Shown one piece after another: positions 63,917 through 64,000 of a DNA stretch of 64,000 bases. This stretch comes from an uncultured Nitrososphaeraceae archaeon (GTDB lineage Archaea > Thermoproteota > Nitrososphaeria > Nitrososphaerales > Nitrososphaeraceae). Position 1 is the stretch's first letter; every line of letters begins with the position of its first letter. The notes under the pieces are model-generated. The model was not told the DNA's origin, made no database searches, and saw only the letters and a list, made by a program, of their open reading frames with translations. The stretch covers positions 32,001 to 96,000 of the forward strand of contig CAVSMN010000007.1 in assembly GCA_963729045.1 (NCBI GenBank), in the 5' to 3' direction. Position numbers and translations under genes: made by a program.

Positions 63917-64000
63917 ATTTATCTATTGTTATTATCTCATTCTCATTCTGTTTTCTTGTATCTTTTTTTCCGTAACCTTCCAGATCTAAAGTGACATGTT
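63903..64000 (-). CDS. larE: 3' end of a LarE-like PP-loop sulfur transferase (partial)
   Basis: Frame reads HVTLDLEGYGKK...-TAA (63903). VTLDLEGY is the typical LarE/TIGR00268 C-terminal motif. Overlaps the iscS start. Confidence 0.65.
   Translation of the reverse strand, partial: HVTLDLEGYGKKDTRKQNENEIITIDKYVKK

Overview
AT-rich archaeal core-genome segment, most consistent with a terrestrial ammonia-oxidising archaeon (Nitrososphaerota, Nitrosocosmicus-like). This is inferred from the unsplit RNAP subunit A, the acetyl/propionyl-CoA carboxylase operon, the cbi genes, uvrBAC, a bacterial-type MetK and low GC. It carries: cobalamin genes (cbiD, cbiG, cbiX, cbiC, cbiA); uvrBAC; an intron-containing tRNA-His(GTG); taw1; egsA; egtB; rps3ae with RNase P protein genes; a divergent KH-beta-CASP nuclease; Lhr; RPA; the rpo5-rpo2-rpo1-rpl30e-nusA-rps12-rps7 cluster; rfcL; pccB-accC-accB; and iscS with the 3' end of larE. 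About 20 single-base frameshifts, mostly insertions, break genes including essential ones, which points to unpolished long-read error rather than pseudogenes. I found no CRISPR array, IS element or integrase. The best leads are a hypothetical protein after rps7 that looks like a divergent terpenoid-synthase/prenyltransferase fold, a well-formed C/D-box guide sRNA at 24.9 kb that may target initiator tRNA-Met, a divergent FttA paralog, and a UvrC lacking its HhH domain.
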